A stretch of 62,960 nucleotides of DNA, filler included, from Guillardia theta CCMP2712 (taxonomy: Eukaryota; Protista; Cryptophyta): the NCBI RefSeq assembly GCF_000315625.1. It is 4 parts of 4 records of this genome, joined end to end, with 100 filler letters (N's around TTAATTAATTAA, not from the genome) between each part and the next. Parts side by side here need not be neighbours in the genome. Positions count along the whole stretch, not along the records: positions 25,412 to 50,113 come from NW_005434654.1; positions 50,214 to 58,753 come from NW_005434251.1; 2 more parts are not named here. One strand, given 5' to 3'. Of this stretch, positions 38,831-50,353 are shown piece by piece. The position numbers were made by a program, and so were the translations under genes. Position 1 is the first letter of the stretch, and each line of letters starts with the position of its first letter. The notes under the pieces were generated by a model, which worked only from the letters and a program-made list of their open reading frames with translations, searched no databases and was not told the origin of the DNA.

Positions 38831-41800
38831 CGCGATGATGATCTGCCTGCTCGCACTGGAGCTGAAGCTGGAGCTGGTGGTCTTCCCTGCTCGTCGTCTC
38901 CCATAGCCCGTCTATCGCTTCGGAGGAGGAGGAATCGGCTTGTTTGGCTTCGCTGCATCAGCATGAGGAGAAGGGGCGAGCTCAACAGGAAGAGCTCACG
39001 GGGACTCGACGTGAGAGGAAGCTCAGGGGGTTTGTAGTTGGGCTTCTCCGGGGGTCCCGCTGGTCGGGTTAAAGATGGCGGAGGGCACGGAGGGAGAGGA
39101 GGATGTGGAGCCGGTGGCACTGTTGTCTGCTGGGCGGGGGGCGAGGGACGAGAGGGAGGAGCGGGGAGCTGAGAGGGAGGGTCAGCGGTGACGACGGACG
39201 GAACTCCTTTCAAGTTTCACCTGAGGTGGACGAGAGTTGCTGGCTGCCTCCAACAGCGGCCGCTGCTCGCCGGCATAGTGTACATGGTCGGGTTGAGCTG
39301 GGGGGTCGGCAGGAGGTTTGGTCTCCTTCCTCGCCTGATCTTGTTGGAAAAGATTCATATTCTTCTCGATCTGCTTCTGAACAAGCTCGTGATTCCCTCC
39401 ACTCTTCCTTCTGTGTGCGGCCCCTTCCGTCGCCTCTGGCCCCGCCACAAGAGGAGGGGAGGAGCTCCTTGCGAGCTGTGCTTCCTGCATAGCACTAGCA
39501 GCGAGTGAGGTTGAGTCAGAGTAGGAGGGTCAGGGTTCAGGCGAGATGGAGGGCGGAGAACGACGAGGAAAGAGAGGAAGAGGAGGTGAACAAGGTGGAC
39601 AAACGTACGGCAAAGCGACGGCGGACCCCAAGTGGATGATAGAGAGAGGTTCAGGGTTGCTGACCGGCAGCTGCGGCTCAGGCGCTTTCCCCCGCAAGAA
39701 GTTGAGGATCTAGATTCAGCGTCAGGAGGCTCGGCCATGCAGGAGCAGCGGTATCTGCTTCGAGAGATACCTGCCCCATCTTTCCTGGCTCTGGTTTCCT
39801 TTCAGGGGAGGGACGGCGTGGGGATCTTCGCTTGATGTCCTCCTCCCACTGCCTTTGCGCCTCCACAATCCTTGCTTCCACGTCCTCCAAGCTCTGAGCC
39901 CTCGGAATGTTCGAGCTCGATGACTGATCGGACACGCAGCCCTCCGACTGCTCCTCCCTCAGCAGCGTCTGAGCCATGGAAGCAGCGTGCGCTGCATGCA
40001 GGTCTGCTGGCTCCCCTTGACGGAGGGCAGGAGGGCGAGCAGGAGGAGGAGGAGCCCATAGCTCCTCGTCAGCCTCCAGGGCTTCAACGTAGGAGGAAGG
40101 AAAGTATCCCTCCTCCCCATCTTCGGACCTGCCATAACACCATCCGTCCTCGTTTGCTTCCTGCAAGCAATTCAGCAACCCTTGCAGGAGCCCCGCAGCC
40201 TCTCACCTGAAGCACGCTCACGACGTCCCCCTCCTCCAGCTGCAGCTGATTCTCCCCCCCCGCAAAGTCGCACCAGGCTCGCACTCGGAACAGGACGATC
40301 GTCTCCTCCTCCGAGAGAGTGTTGTTGAACAGTTCACCCGACGCGGTGTGCTCCTCGTAGTCCTCGTCGGAGCTCGTCGCTCCCTCGCTGCTGCTTCCGT
40401 TGCTCCTCGTTTCCGCACCATCCAGCCCCTGCCCCATCATGCTCTCATCCACAGACGAGGACGTCCAGGTCCTCGGAGTCGACAGCTCTCCCGAGCCTGC
40501 TCGCTTGCACTTGGCACCATTGCACCGGCAGTGGAGGAGGATGGACTGGCAGGAGCTGCAGACCTCATACTGGTTCGCGATGAGCCCGAGGCCTCGGACG
40601 TGTTCCCTGCTCTCCACGATCTCAACCCCGTTCAGCTCCTCCTTGTTCCGCTCCCTCAGCTGATACTCCTTGATGACGAGTTGCTTGTCAGGCTGCTTCT
40701 TAAAGTTGATGTATCCCTGGCTGTTGTAAAGCTTGTTGGCCTTGATCCACGACAGGTATTGGAACTCGGACTTCCTGTTGTACTCCTTCCCATACATGCA
40801 CCGATGGCAGACCCTCACCTTCCCCACCTTCTCGTCCAGCTTCTGCGACTGTTTGAGCAGGCTCCTGTGCCATTCGATCAGGTCCTCGTTATGTACAGTA
40901 ATGATGCGAAGGGCGAAAGGGAGGAAATTCCCCTGGTGGCCACACCCGTTCTCCTCCATGGAGAGCGAGCACCTGCCGCAGATGTACAACCCACACTTAC
41001 GGCAGTTGAAGCGCTTCTTGCTGATGCTGCCGAATCGGGACGAGCAAATCTGACAGGCTTTGGTCACGGTGCCATAGACAGGCGCTGCAATCCCCATCAT
41101 AGAGAACTGCTCCGCCTCCCGCAGGGCCTCCTTCATGTCGTTGAACCACCCTGTCTTCTCCTCCTCGGTGGAAGCACGCACCTTGAAGGACTTCTGAGAC
41201 GTGAAAACCTCCCAGGACAGAGGGCTCTCGGCTGGGTTTGATATCTCCTCGACTTTGATCATCCTCCCTCCATGGATGAGCTTGTTCTTGACCTCCATGC
41301 CGTACCGATTCCCAATGTCGAACTTCCTCTTCAACTTCATCTGCTTCAGCACTCCCAACTGCACCTCTTGGGCATAGATCAGCGCGTCGTTGAACAGGTA
41401 GAAGTAGTATTCCTTGGGCTCCTTGGTCGTGATTCTGGTGAGCTTCCCTTCCCTGATGATCTTCCTCTCAGGATCCACCAGGTCGATCCCAGGGAAATTC
41501 TTCTGAATCGAGCGCAGCTTCTCCGTGTTCTCCCGTCGGCGAGTTGCTTCGTTGCACTGGTCGGCCTGCTCTGAGATCAAGTTCAACGCTCTTCGCAGGT
41601 CCTCGTAATCTTCGGCGTCCTCAGGGGTGTACTTCAAGATCTCCTCCAGCAGCAGCTTGTACCTTGGGATCCGCTGGACAGGCATGATGAGGTAGGAGTC
41701 AAGGGACAGCACGGAGGACTCGTGATTCATCTGAGCCTTCTCAAGAAACAGCGCAAACTCCTTCACCTTCTCCTTGCTCTCGAAGTAGCACTGTGATGCC

Positions 41801-42126
41801 CGCTCGTAGTGACTGACATACCTCTGGTACAACTTGAGCAGTGGCGCGATGTTGTACATGATGTCTCCCACCTTTGGCACCTCCTCTGCGCGTGTGCTCT
41901 TGATCCTTCGGTCAAGCGCTACCCGCAGCTGGTCCGCTATCACAAAGAGGTCTTCTGCATTCCCAAAGATCGTATCGATCAAGGTCTCCTGCAGTATGGG
42001 CGAGAGCTTGTACTGTGCATTTCGCAGTGGTGTGAAGTAGACCTCCAGCATGGTCTTGAGAGATCTTGTGTAGCTAATCTCTGTGTTCAAGAGCTCTAGA
42101 ATCGGATTTTTGGCTTTGAAGGACAT
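38800..42126 (-). CDS. Rho GEF with DH-PH-FYVE-SH3 architecture (FGD/frabin-like)
   Basis: ELLNTEISY...IMPVQRIPRYKLLLEE (DH), a PH domain, CQICSSRF...RFNCRKCGLYICGRCS...RVCHRC (FYVE-like), and AWCDFAG...GWCYG...GYFPSSYVE (SH3). The 3' end is approximate. Confidence 0.9.
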
Positions 42127-44185
42127 CGAAAGCCTACTTGCTTGCTATCCCTTGCATGGATCGAACAAAGACACAAGTCGTCCTTGTTGTTGCTGCACAG
42201 TGTCCTGCTCACAATTCTGCTCCCACAAGTCGGTGGTCAGCCATCGGTCGCGTCGTCTTCAACAGTGAAAACTCTGGAGCACCCATGGCTGGGAGTATGA
42301 CTGCACTCCAGCGATAGGAGAGCAGAGCAAACCAGAGTAGAGCACGAGCCACCAGAGCACAGGGACACAGCAGCAGGTGTGTTGGTACCTGATAGATAAT
42401 CGTGACAACAGGCTTGGTAGGGCTACTACCAGCTGTTACTACGGCAATCGAAGAGCCGGTACCACGATGCCGGCAGCCAGTACTAATTTATATTATTTTA
42501 AGTTTAATTTTATTTTAGTTCTTGATGGTACAATTTCTAATATTATAAAATAGTTTTTTAAATATTAGTAGAAACATTTCGGGAGGAAGATTACAGGCGA
42601 GTTGGAGTAACTAAAATATTCAATAATTTTCAAAATTATGTAAGTACTACTTTAAATTGATAAAATTCTCAAAACCTTCATATGTAAACCAATGCAGTAC
42701 TGCGTGCTGTTGGGAATGGAAACTACAGTACAAATCATTACAATTACTTCTACGACCATCCTTCCTGACTGAGCCGCACCGGCGCCGGGGCCCCCGTTCA
42801 GTCAGAACTTTCCGGAGTCCGCGGCGCTGACTCTTCCGAGTCCGGCTATGGCCGAGTGACTCCTCCGAGCGTACCGGAGGCTCGGAGGCTGAGGCTAGGG
42901 CCCGGCCGGGCGGGGCCTAGTACCGCCGGGTCCCCCGGGCCCATCATCGGACTGAGGTACGGTAGTACCAGTCCGATGATCCGATGTGTGACGTGACGGT
43001 GCGCACGGCGCGCAGTGCGGCCGGTGACCCGGGCGGCCTCTGAGCCAGCCTGAGCCTCGGAGTCCGACTAGAGCCTCGCCCGGCCACTGCCGGCCGTCGG
43101 GTCGGACCGTGCCGGGGCCCGGCCCGGGCCCGTCGGCCCGGCGCGCGCCGCCGCCGCCGCGAGTCAGGCTGAATGATAACTTGAAGCTTCAATGCTTATC
43201 AAGTTCTGTCGGCCCAATTATCTACCCCTGATAATTGAGTTGTAAGGAGGGGTAGTCTGATGTTCCTCTACCCACCATTGCACTACCCACACCCTACCAT
43301 GTCCCCATCTCGTATATCCCTACCCACCCTATTACGATTACTGACCTTGATCCAGGATGTCTCACCCCTCCTACGAGGGGTACCTTGTGGGAAAGGGGGG
43401 GTCAGGGGGTTCATTGGACGAGGACGGAAAGTGGGACTGTACGGGTGTTGTCAGTATGTTGAAGAGGTAGGGGTACTGCATGGGAAGAAGGGAGGGGTAC
43501 ATGAAAGATTAGGGGTAGGCATGAGAAGGGTGGGTAGCATAACTGCATCATTGGTAGGGTCCTTGTCCTAAGAGGATCAAGCTTTTTGGAGGACATAGGA
43601 AATCGTAGGCTGATATGACATCTGCTACCAATATGTTATACGTTCACAATTCATCCCACAGTGGGTGGGGTATGTGGAGGTTGGGGTGGGTGGGTCGATT
43701 GGTGGGTGGGTGAATGGAAAAGGTGGGTGGTGATTGGGGGCTCGTTGATGTATAGTAGGGTAGGGTTGGAGGAGAGGCGGGAAGGATCAGCAGCATGCAG
43801 GGAGCAGGAGGAAAGCGAAGGGTCGCCTACTTCTACGATGGTGAGAGCGATGTTCGAAGAGGACAATGAGACGATAGAGATCAAAAGATGGCATGCCTAC
43901 CCTCGGCACCTGTTGGGATGTATCTTACATGGCATTGTGTGCAAGATCCTTACAGTCCCCTTGTTTTGTTGCGGCCTGCCAATCCTAAATTCCAACTGTT
44001 TCCTGCCTTCTCCCTGCCACTCTCAGGGATGATCAGGGACCTCTTGTTGTTTCAATGTGTTCTCTATGTGAATTTCGTTCGGATTCTCGTGTTCCGCTGT
44101 CATCTTGCACCTCGTCCTGTCGGACAGATTGTCCTCGGTGTAAATGTTGGGATTCCGATTCTGCATCCCCGATCTGATGGCTCCA

Positions 44186-47000
44186 TGACTCATCAATTTT
44201 TCTCAGCCGAAATCGGGAACTTTTACTATGGACCGGGGCATCCTATGAAGCCTCACAGTAAATTTTTCTTTCCTGCATCTGTCATGCTAATGGGATCCTT
44301 CTTAGGGATTCGAATGTGCCACAATCTCCTATTGAACTACCGTCTTTATGAAAAGATGGATGTCTTTGTATGAAAGATTGACTTCCTTACAATTGCCAGA
44401 CTGACTGATGTGCTCACAGAGACCTCAACCCGCGACAGAGCGGGATATGACCAAGTTTCATGCTGGTATAGGGTTTCCTATCGCGACAGTTTAAGCTGAG
44501 CGCCTGAAAATAGATGATTACGTCCAATTCCTCAAGATGATTACTCCTCAAAATATGCATGACAACATAAAACAGCTACAGAGATGTAATTGTGCAATTT
44601 TTTTCTTCAAGCAGCACTAATACATTGTTTGCAGTTAATGTCGGTGAAGATTGTCCGGTGAGATTTGACAAATAGAACTTTGTTGGACGCAGGACGCAAC
44701 ATTCCTAATATTTTCATCAGGTTTTTGATGGATTGTACGACTTTTGTCAGTTGTCAGCTGGTGGGTCCATCGGCGGTGCAGTCAAATTGAACATGCAAAA
44801 GGCAGATATTGCAGTCAACTGGGCTGGAGGTAAGATACTTAATTTTTCGCCAATGTTCCCCCAAGTCAAGTGTCAAATTAGGGCTCCATCATGCCAAAAA
44901 GTGTGAAGCCAGTGGTTTCTGCTATGTCAACGATATTGTATTAGCAATCTTGGAGTTGTTGAAGGTATTCTTGTTTTTGTTGTCGTTGTTTGTCTTTTTG
45001 ACATGAAAACAGGTTCATCAACGTGTGCTATACGTTGATATCGATATCCATCATGGAGATGGTGTCGAAGAAGCGTTCTACACTACAGATCGTGTCATGA
45101 CGGGTATAACATCTGTCTTCTACTTCTCCATTTCTGTAACATTACAAATTCTTGTTAGTCTCCTTTCACAAGTACGGAGAGTATTTCCCTGGCACGGGAG
45201 ATAGCAAAGACATTGGGGCAAAGGGAGGCAAATATTACAGTGTCAACTTTCCTTTGAGAGACGGAATTGATGACGAGACGTACAAATCGATCTTCGAGCC
45301 AGTAATGCGAAAGGTCATGGAGCAATACCAGGTAATGGCTGTCAGTCTATGTTCGGTTTTGAGTCTAAACTACTTCGCAGCCAGGAGCTGTTTTTCTGCA
45401 GTGTGGTGCCGACTCCCTTGTTGGAGACAGACTTGGAACATTCAACTTATCCATGTAATGAATTACTGACGTCCTATTCCCTCCTTCGCTCACTGCTTCC
45501 TTGCAGCAAAGGTCATGGAAGGTGTGTAGAGTTTATGAAGAGCTTTGGGAAGCCACTTCTAGTTGTTGGAGGAGGAGGTTGTAGCCTTTTGATGCCGAGA
45601 TTTCATTGTAAGCTCGATCGCAGGTTACACAATTCGAAATGTGGCAAGGTGCTGGGCATACGAAACTGCTCTAGCCCTTGATGAACAGGTTGGATTGCAT
45701 TGATCTTTGAGAGTGCGCTGACGCCCTGTGCTAATGCCCTGTCCTCCATTCCTTTCTTGTTTAGTTGCGCAACGAATTGCCATACAACGACTACTACGAA
45801 TATTTTGCTCCCGATCACCATTTGCACATCTCACCTTCAAACATGGAGAATTTGAACTCGCCAGGTACGGGTCCATTTCCGTGGAATTTGAGTCTGAAAT
45901 CTTCCAGATTACTTGAACAAGATCAAAGAAAGAATCTTTGAGAATTTGCGGCATGTCCCCCCTGCACCTGGCGTTCAGATCGGAGGTTCTGCTGAGACAG
46001 GTGAAACGAGCTGGGGCTATTGGTGTCCTTCTGATTTGATCTACAGCACCGCGAGATCCGATGATCGACGAAGATGACAAGGACGAAGACAAAGAGGATC
46101 CCGTGAGATTCTTTCTGCAGCCGAGAAAAGATGTGACGGTCGTCCCGCAGGATTCCAGGGCATCTCGTAATCCATTGAAACAGTCAGCAGAGCAATCTTC
46201 AGCAGAGACAGGTGATCGTCAAATCTACACCTTGGCATCTCCCCCATGCTCATAGCTTAATCAGGAGAGCCCAAGGAAAGAGATCGATCTTCTGGTCTCC
46301 CAGCTGCTGACTCCAAGGACACTGAGAAAGAAACCGCGAAGACAGAGAAGGCAGAAAATGCTGAGGACAAGAAGGAGGAGCCGAAAGAGGAGAAGAAAGA
46401 GGTCAAGCAAGAGGAAGAGAAAGAGGACAAGAAGGAGGAAGTGAAAGAAGTCAAAGAGGAGAAGAAGCAGGAGGAGGAAAAAGTCACCGAGGAAAAGACC
46501 GAGGAAAATGCGGAAGAAAACTCGACCCCAGCAGATAAGGAGAAGCAAGAGGAGAAGCCTGCCGCGGAGAACAAAGATGTCGACATGGATGGCAGTGCAA
46601 CTCAAGGAGACAAGGAGAGCGAGACCAAGGCAGCAAACGAGGCAGACGAGAAAGGAAACGACAAGGAGAAGGAGGATCTGCGGAGTGAGGCCGAAGGGAA
46701 GGCAGAAGCGATGCAAACTGAGGCGCCTGCGGAGACTGTGGAGGCTGAAAAAGGTGAGGGATCAAACCTGATGAAGTTGGCTTGACTTCTGGTGGACTAG
46801 ATGCTCCCAAGACTGAAACAGCTGAAAAGAAGCCTGTAGGGCTTTTCTTTTCTGCTTTCCTTCATGCCTGACCTTTACAATAGGATGAAAGTGACAAGGT
46901 GGAACCTGCTTCAGAACCGGCTGGAGGTTCGTGTGAGTATTATCAGGTCAGGAGGGCTAAAATTGCTGCAGGAGGTGACGTGGAGATGAAGGAATCATAG
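44186..47000 (+). CDS. RPD3: Class I histone deacetylase (RPD3/HDAC1-like) with acidic tail
   Basis: [51 protein letters not shown] and [13 protein letters not shown] across many short introns. The first exon is uncertain. Confidence 0.95.
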
Positions 47001-47200
47001 TCCTACGACTTGTGTGGTGTAACGGCACTTTTTGTTTTTCTCTTGGATGTTCTATCTTTGATTTGACATAAGATTGTTCTCTTACTTTGATTGTTATCAC
47101 CTCGCCGCTGCTCCTTGCTCGACTCAGTGATTGCGCTCCTCCAGCTTCTCTCATGAAGGACTGCCTCTGATAAGACCCCTCGGCATCCTACTTGCAAGGC

Positions 47201-47510
47201 CAAACCAACACAGTTTAAACCAAACCAACACAGTTCAAACAGTTTAAACCAAACCAACACAGTTCAAACAGTTTAAACCAAACCAACACAGTTCAAACAG
47301 TTTAAATCAAACCAACACAGTTCAAACAGTTTAAATCAAACCAACACAGTTCAAACAGTTTAAATCAAACCAACACAGTTCAAACAGTTTAAATCAAACC
47401 AACACAGTTCAAACAGTTTAAATCAAACCAACACAGTTCAAACAGTTTAAATCAAACCAACACAGTTCAAACAGTTTAAATCAAACCAACACAGTTCAAA
47501 CAGTTTAAAC
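47201..47510 (+). repeat. 29-bp minisatellite CAAACCAACACAGTTCAAACAGTTTAAAY, ~10 copies
   Basis: Head-to-tail units with period 29 starting at 47221. Confidence 0.95.
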
Positions 47511-47637
47511 CACATCTCTCATGCCATCCCCCCACGCACTTTCTCCCTCTCCACCTCCCTCTGACTGCTCCCTTTCATCCTTGCGCCTCCCCCCTCCCCC
47601 CCCCTCCTCCTTCACCTGCTTTACCTCCTTCTCCTCT

Positions 47638-47677
<40 letters not shown>

Positions 47678-47995
47678 TCTCCTTCTCTTCGTCCTCTTCC
47701 TCGTCCTCGTCCTCTTCCTCGTTCTCGTCCTCTTCCTCGTCCTCGTCTGTTCTCTCTCCACATCTCGCATCCTTTGCCATAGTTTTCGCTTTTCGTACAT
47801 GCACCCCTCCTTTTGCCTGGAACATATGGGGTAGTCCCTCTGGGGGGGTGAAAACCTGCAGATGACCAGCTGGAAAAATAATTATTCGGGCATATTTATG
47901 GGGTAGGGGTGGTGAATGGAGGGGTCAAATTGAGATTGGGGTATTGTGAACCATGCATAAAGAGGACCTATCACTTAGAAAATATAAGCTGAAAT

Positions 47996-49144
47996 ATGAA
48001 ATCGTTGATGTTGAGTGGTATCTCCAGCAGTTCAGGGCACGATGAAGCCTTGCAAGGTAAGGGTAGGGTAGGGTGCAGGATACAGCGCGAAATGCTGGGC
48101 GGCAGGAGGGGAGGGGGATCGGAGGGGGCGGAAGGAGAGAGAGAAGGGGCAGTTGTACACAGAGGAGGAGGAGGAGAGGAGGAAGAAGATCAGCTTGATA
48201 CAGCTAGCTCTGGGATTGCAGTGAGGGGATGGAGCGAGCACCTGGTGGGTTGGATGGCAAGCGAAGGGGATGTGAAAGCCCAGGAGGAGGAGGAGGAGGA
48301 GGAGAAGGAGGAGGGGGAGGGGAGGAGTGGCTCAATCAGGAGCATCGGTTCTGCATTTGCTCCTTTTGCTGGCAAACGCCGCAGGGTGGAGGAAAGTGGG
48401 CCCACGGAGGACGACCTTGCAGAGAGTAAGCGCAGAGCCGAACGCTGGTCTGATGTCAAGGTTGAAGGAGAAATGGCTCATGGCGGAAGAAAAGGGCCTC
48501 CAAGCCGAGATGTAGATGTTGAAGGGAACTTTGCTGGAGTGCTCATTGCGAAGTCAACAAGTCAACAGAGTGCGGCTGCACGAAGTGGAAGAGGGAATGT
48601 CAAGGTCCTTGTATCGGATGGGAGTGTGCAAGAAACGGCAGAGCAGTCGAGTATGTTTCATGGAATGAGAGCATGGGAAATAGAAGCAGGAGCAGTAGGA
48701 GCAGCTGGAGAAGGACGTGGTGGTGGTCGAGGAGGAGCCGCAGGGGAAAGAGCCGAAGAAATTCTTGAGGGACAGGGAAAAGTAGGAGGCAGGAAAAAAA
48801 TCACAGATGAGCAAAAGCTGAAGCTTCGTCTACTCAAGAACAGACTGTCAGGTGAGCTTGTTGCCCCTCTGCGATGAAACGCTCAGAGTTCCTCGACCGC
48901 AGCCGAACGCTCCCGGAGGAAGCGCGAGCTGGCGACGATCTCAACGGAGATTGAGCTGCAGAAGTTGCGGAGAGAGAACGTGCTGCTCAAGGAGAAGATG
49001 AAGCTTGTCCAATCCTTCTCCTCCTACCAGGTCCAGCTGTGCCAGGCTATCAAGCAAGAGTTCTCCCAACATGAATGGCATGGCGAGCTGTCTGGGGAAA
49101 GCAGGTCAGAGCCATCGACAGCAAGCAGAACGGGCAGTGTTAAG

Positions 49145-49180
<36 letters not shown>

Positions 49181-49801
49181 GCAGGGCAGAGGCAGGAGCC
49201 GGAGAAAATCCAGAGGTGCTACTTGAGCCTCCTCCAGCGCCTGGAGGGGATCATGGAGGAGGAGGAGCAGCGCTTTGTTCAGCTCTCGAACCGCGTGGAG
49301 GTGCTGGTCCTGCAGGACTCAGCCAAGTTGTCGGAGGCAGAGATCAGGATGCGGGAGGTGGAGCATGAGAAGATCGCCGCCATCTCCGCCCTCACCAGTG
49401 CGCGCGAGAGGTTCGCAGAGCGCGAGCGGGAGCTGCTCGGCCGCATCGCCATGCTCGAGGCAAGGTTGCACAGTGGCAGGGACGTCGACGGCCTCGTGCC
49501 CACCGCGTCCTCTGCCCGCGGGCCGTTCCCTTCGTCCTTGATCGTGGAGCAGCCGTCGGCAGAGCAGACGCTCCTCATCCGACCCCTGACGCTAACGTCA
49601 CCCGCCACCCTCGATCTGGCGTCCAAGTTCGCCAACCAGGCGTCAGAGGTCCTGGACAACCAGTCGTTTCTGAAGTTTGTCAACATGCTCAAGGTGTTCA
49701 AGGAGGGAGGGCTGTCGCAGGAACAGCTGCTCAGCAAGGTGACGGAGCTCTTTTCCGGGCGGCAGGAAATGCTGCAGGACTTCCTCCGGTTCCTCGTGTG
49801 A
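47996..49801 (+). CDS. bZIP protein with C-terminal PAH-like helical domain
   Basis: Intron 48852-48902 yields KLKLRLLKNRLSAERSRRKRE...LQKLRRENVLLKEKMKL. The C-terminus is FLKFVNMLKVFKEGGLSQEQLLSKVTELFSGRQEMLQDFLRFL. Confidence 0.75.
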
Positions 49802-50353
49802 CCCTGGCGGGCCCGTGCTGGGAGCTGGACATGACGGGGGACTGCGAGGAGTGTAGTGTAGTGGAGAGGAGAGGGAGGAGAGGAGAGGAGAAGAAGAAGA
49901 GGAGAGAAGAGGAGAGGAGAGGAGGAGGAGGAAGACGAGGAAAAGGAGAAAGGTACATAAGTTCAACTTGGAAACGAAAAATCAAGAAGAACGATGGAAG
50001 CAGACACGTCGATGGTGAGCCCTCAAGGCACCATGAGGCCGTTAAGAGCATTCTCATACGGGGCGAGAGAATGGTCGCTGCCAGAAAATGAGAGAGGAGA
50101 GAGCAGAGAGAGCNNNNNNNNNNNNNNNNNNNNNNNNNNNNNNNNNNNNNNNNNNNNTTAATTAATTAANNNNNNNNNNNNNNNNNNNNNNNNNNNNNNN
50201 NNNNNNNNNNNNNATGTCAGTCCAGTGAATTTATTGGATGAAAACCTGTTCTATCTGTTCGGTCATCCGTCAGCTCCTGTCCCCCTTATTAGTCTTGTCT
50301 TCCTCCTCCTTTCCCCCCCCCCCCCTTGCTCTCCCCCCCCCCTCCCCCCCCTC

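Noticed and set aside
40348-41241. 297-aa plus-strand ORF
   Set aside because: Shadow of the RhoGEF coding strand.
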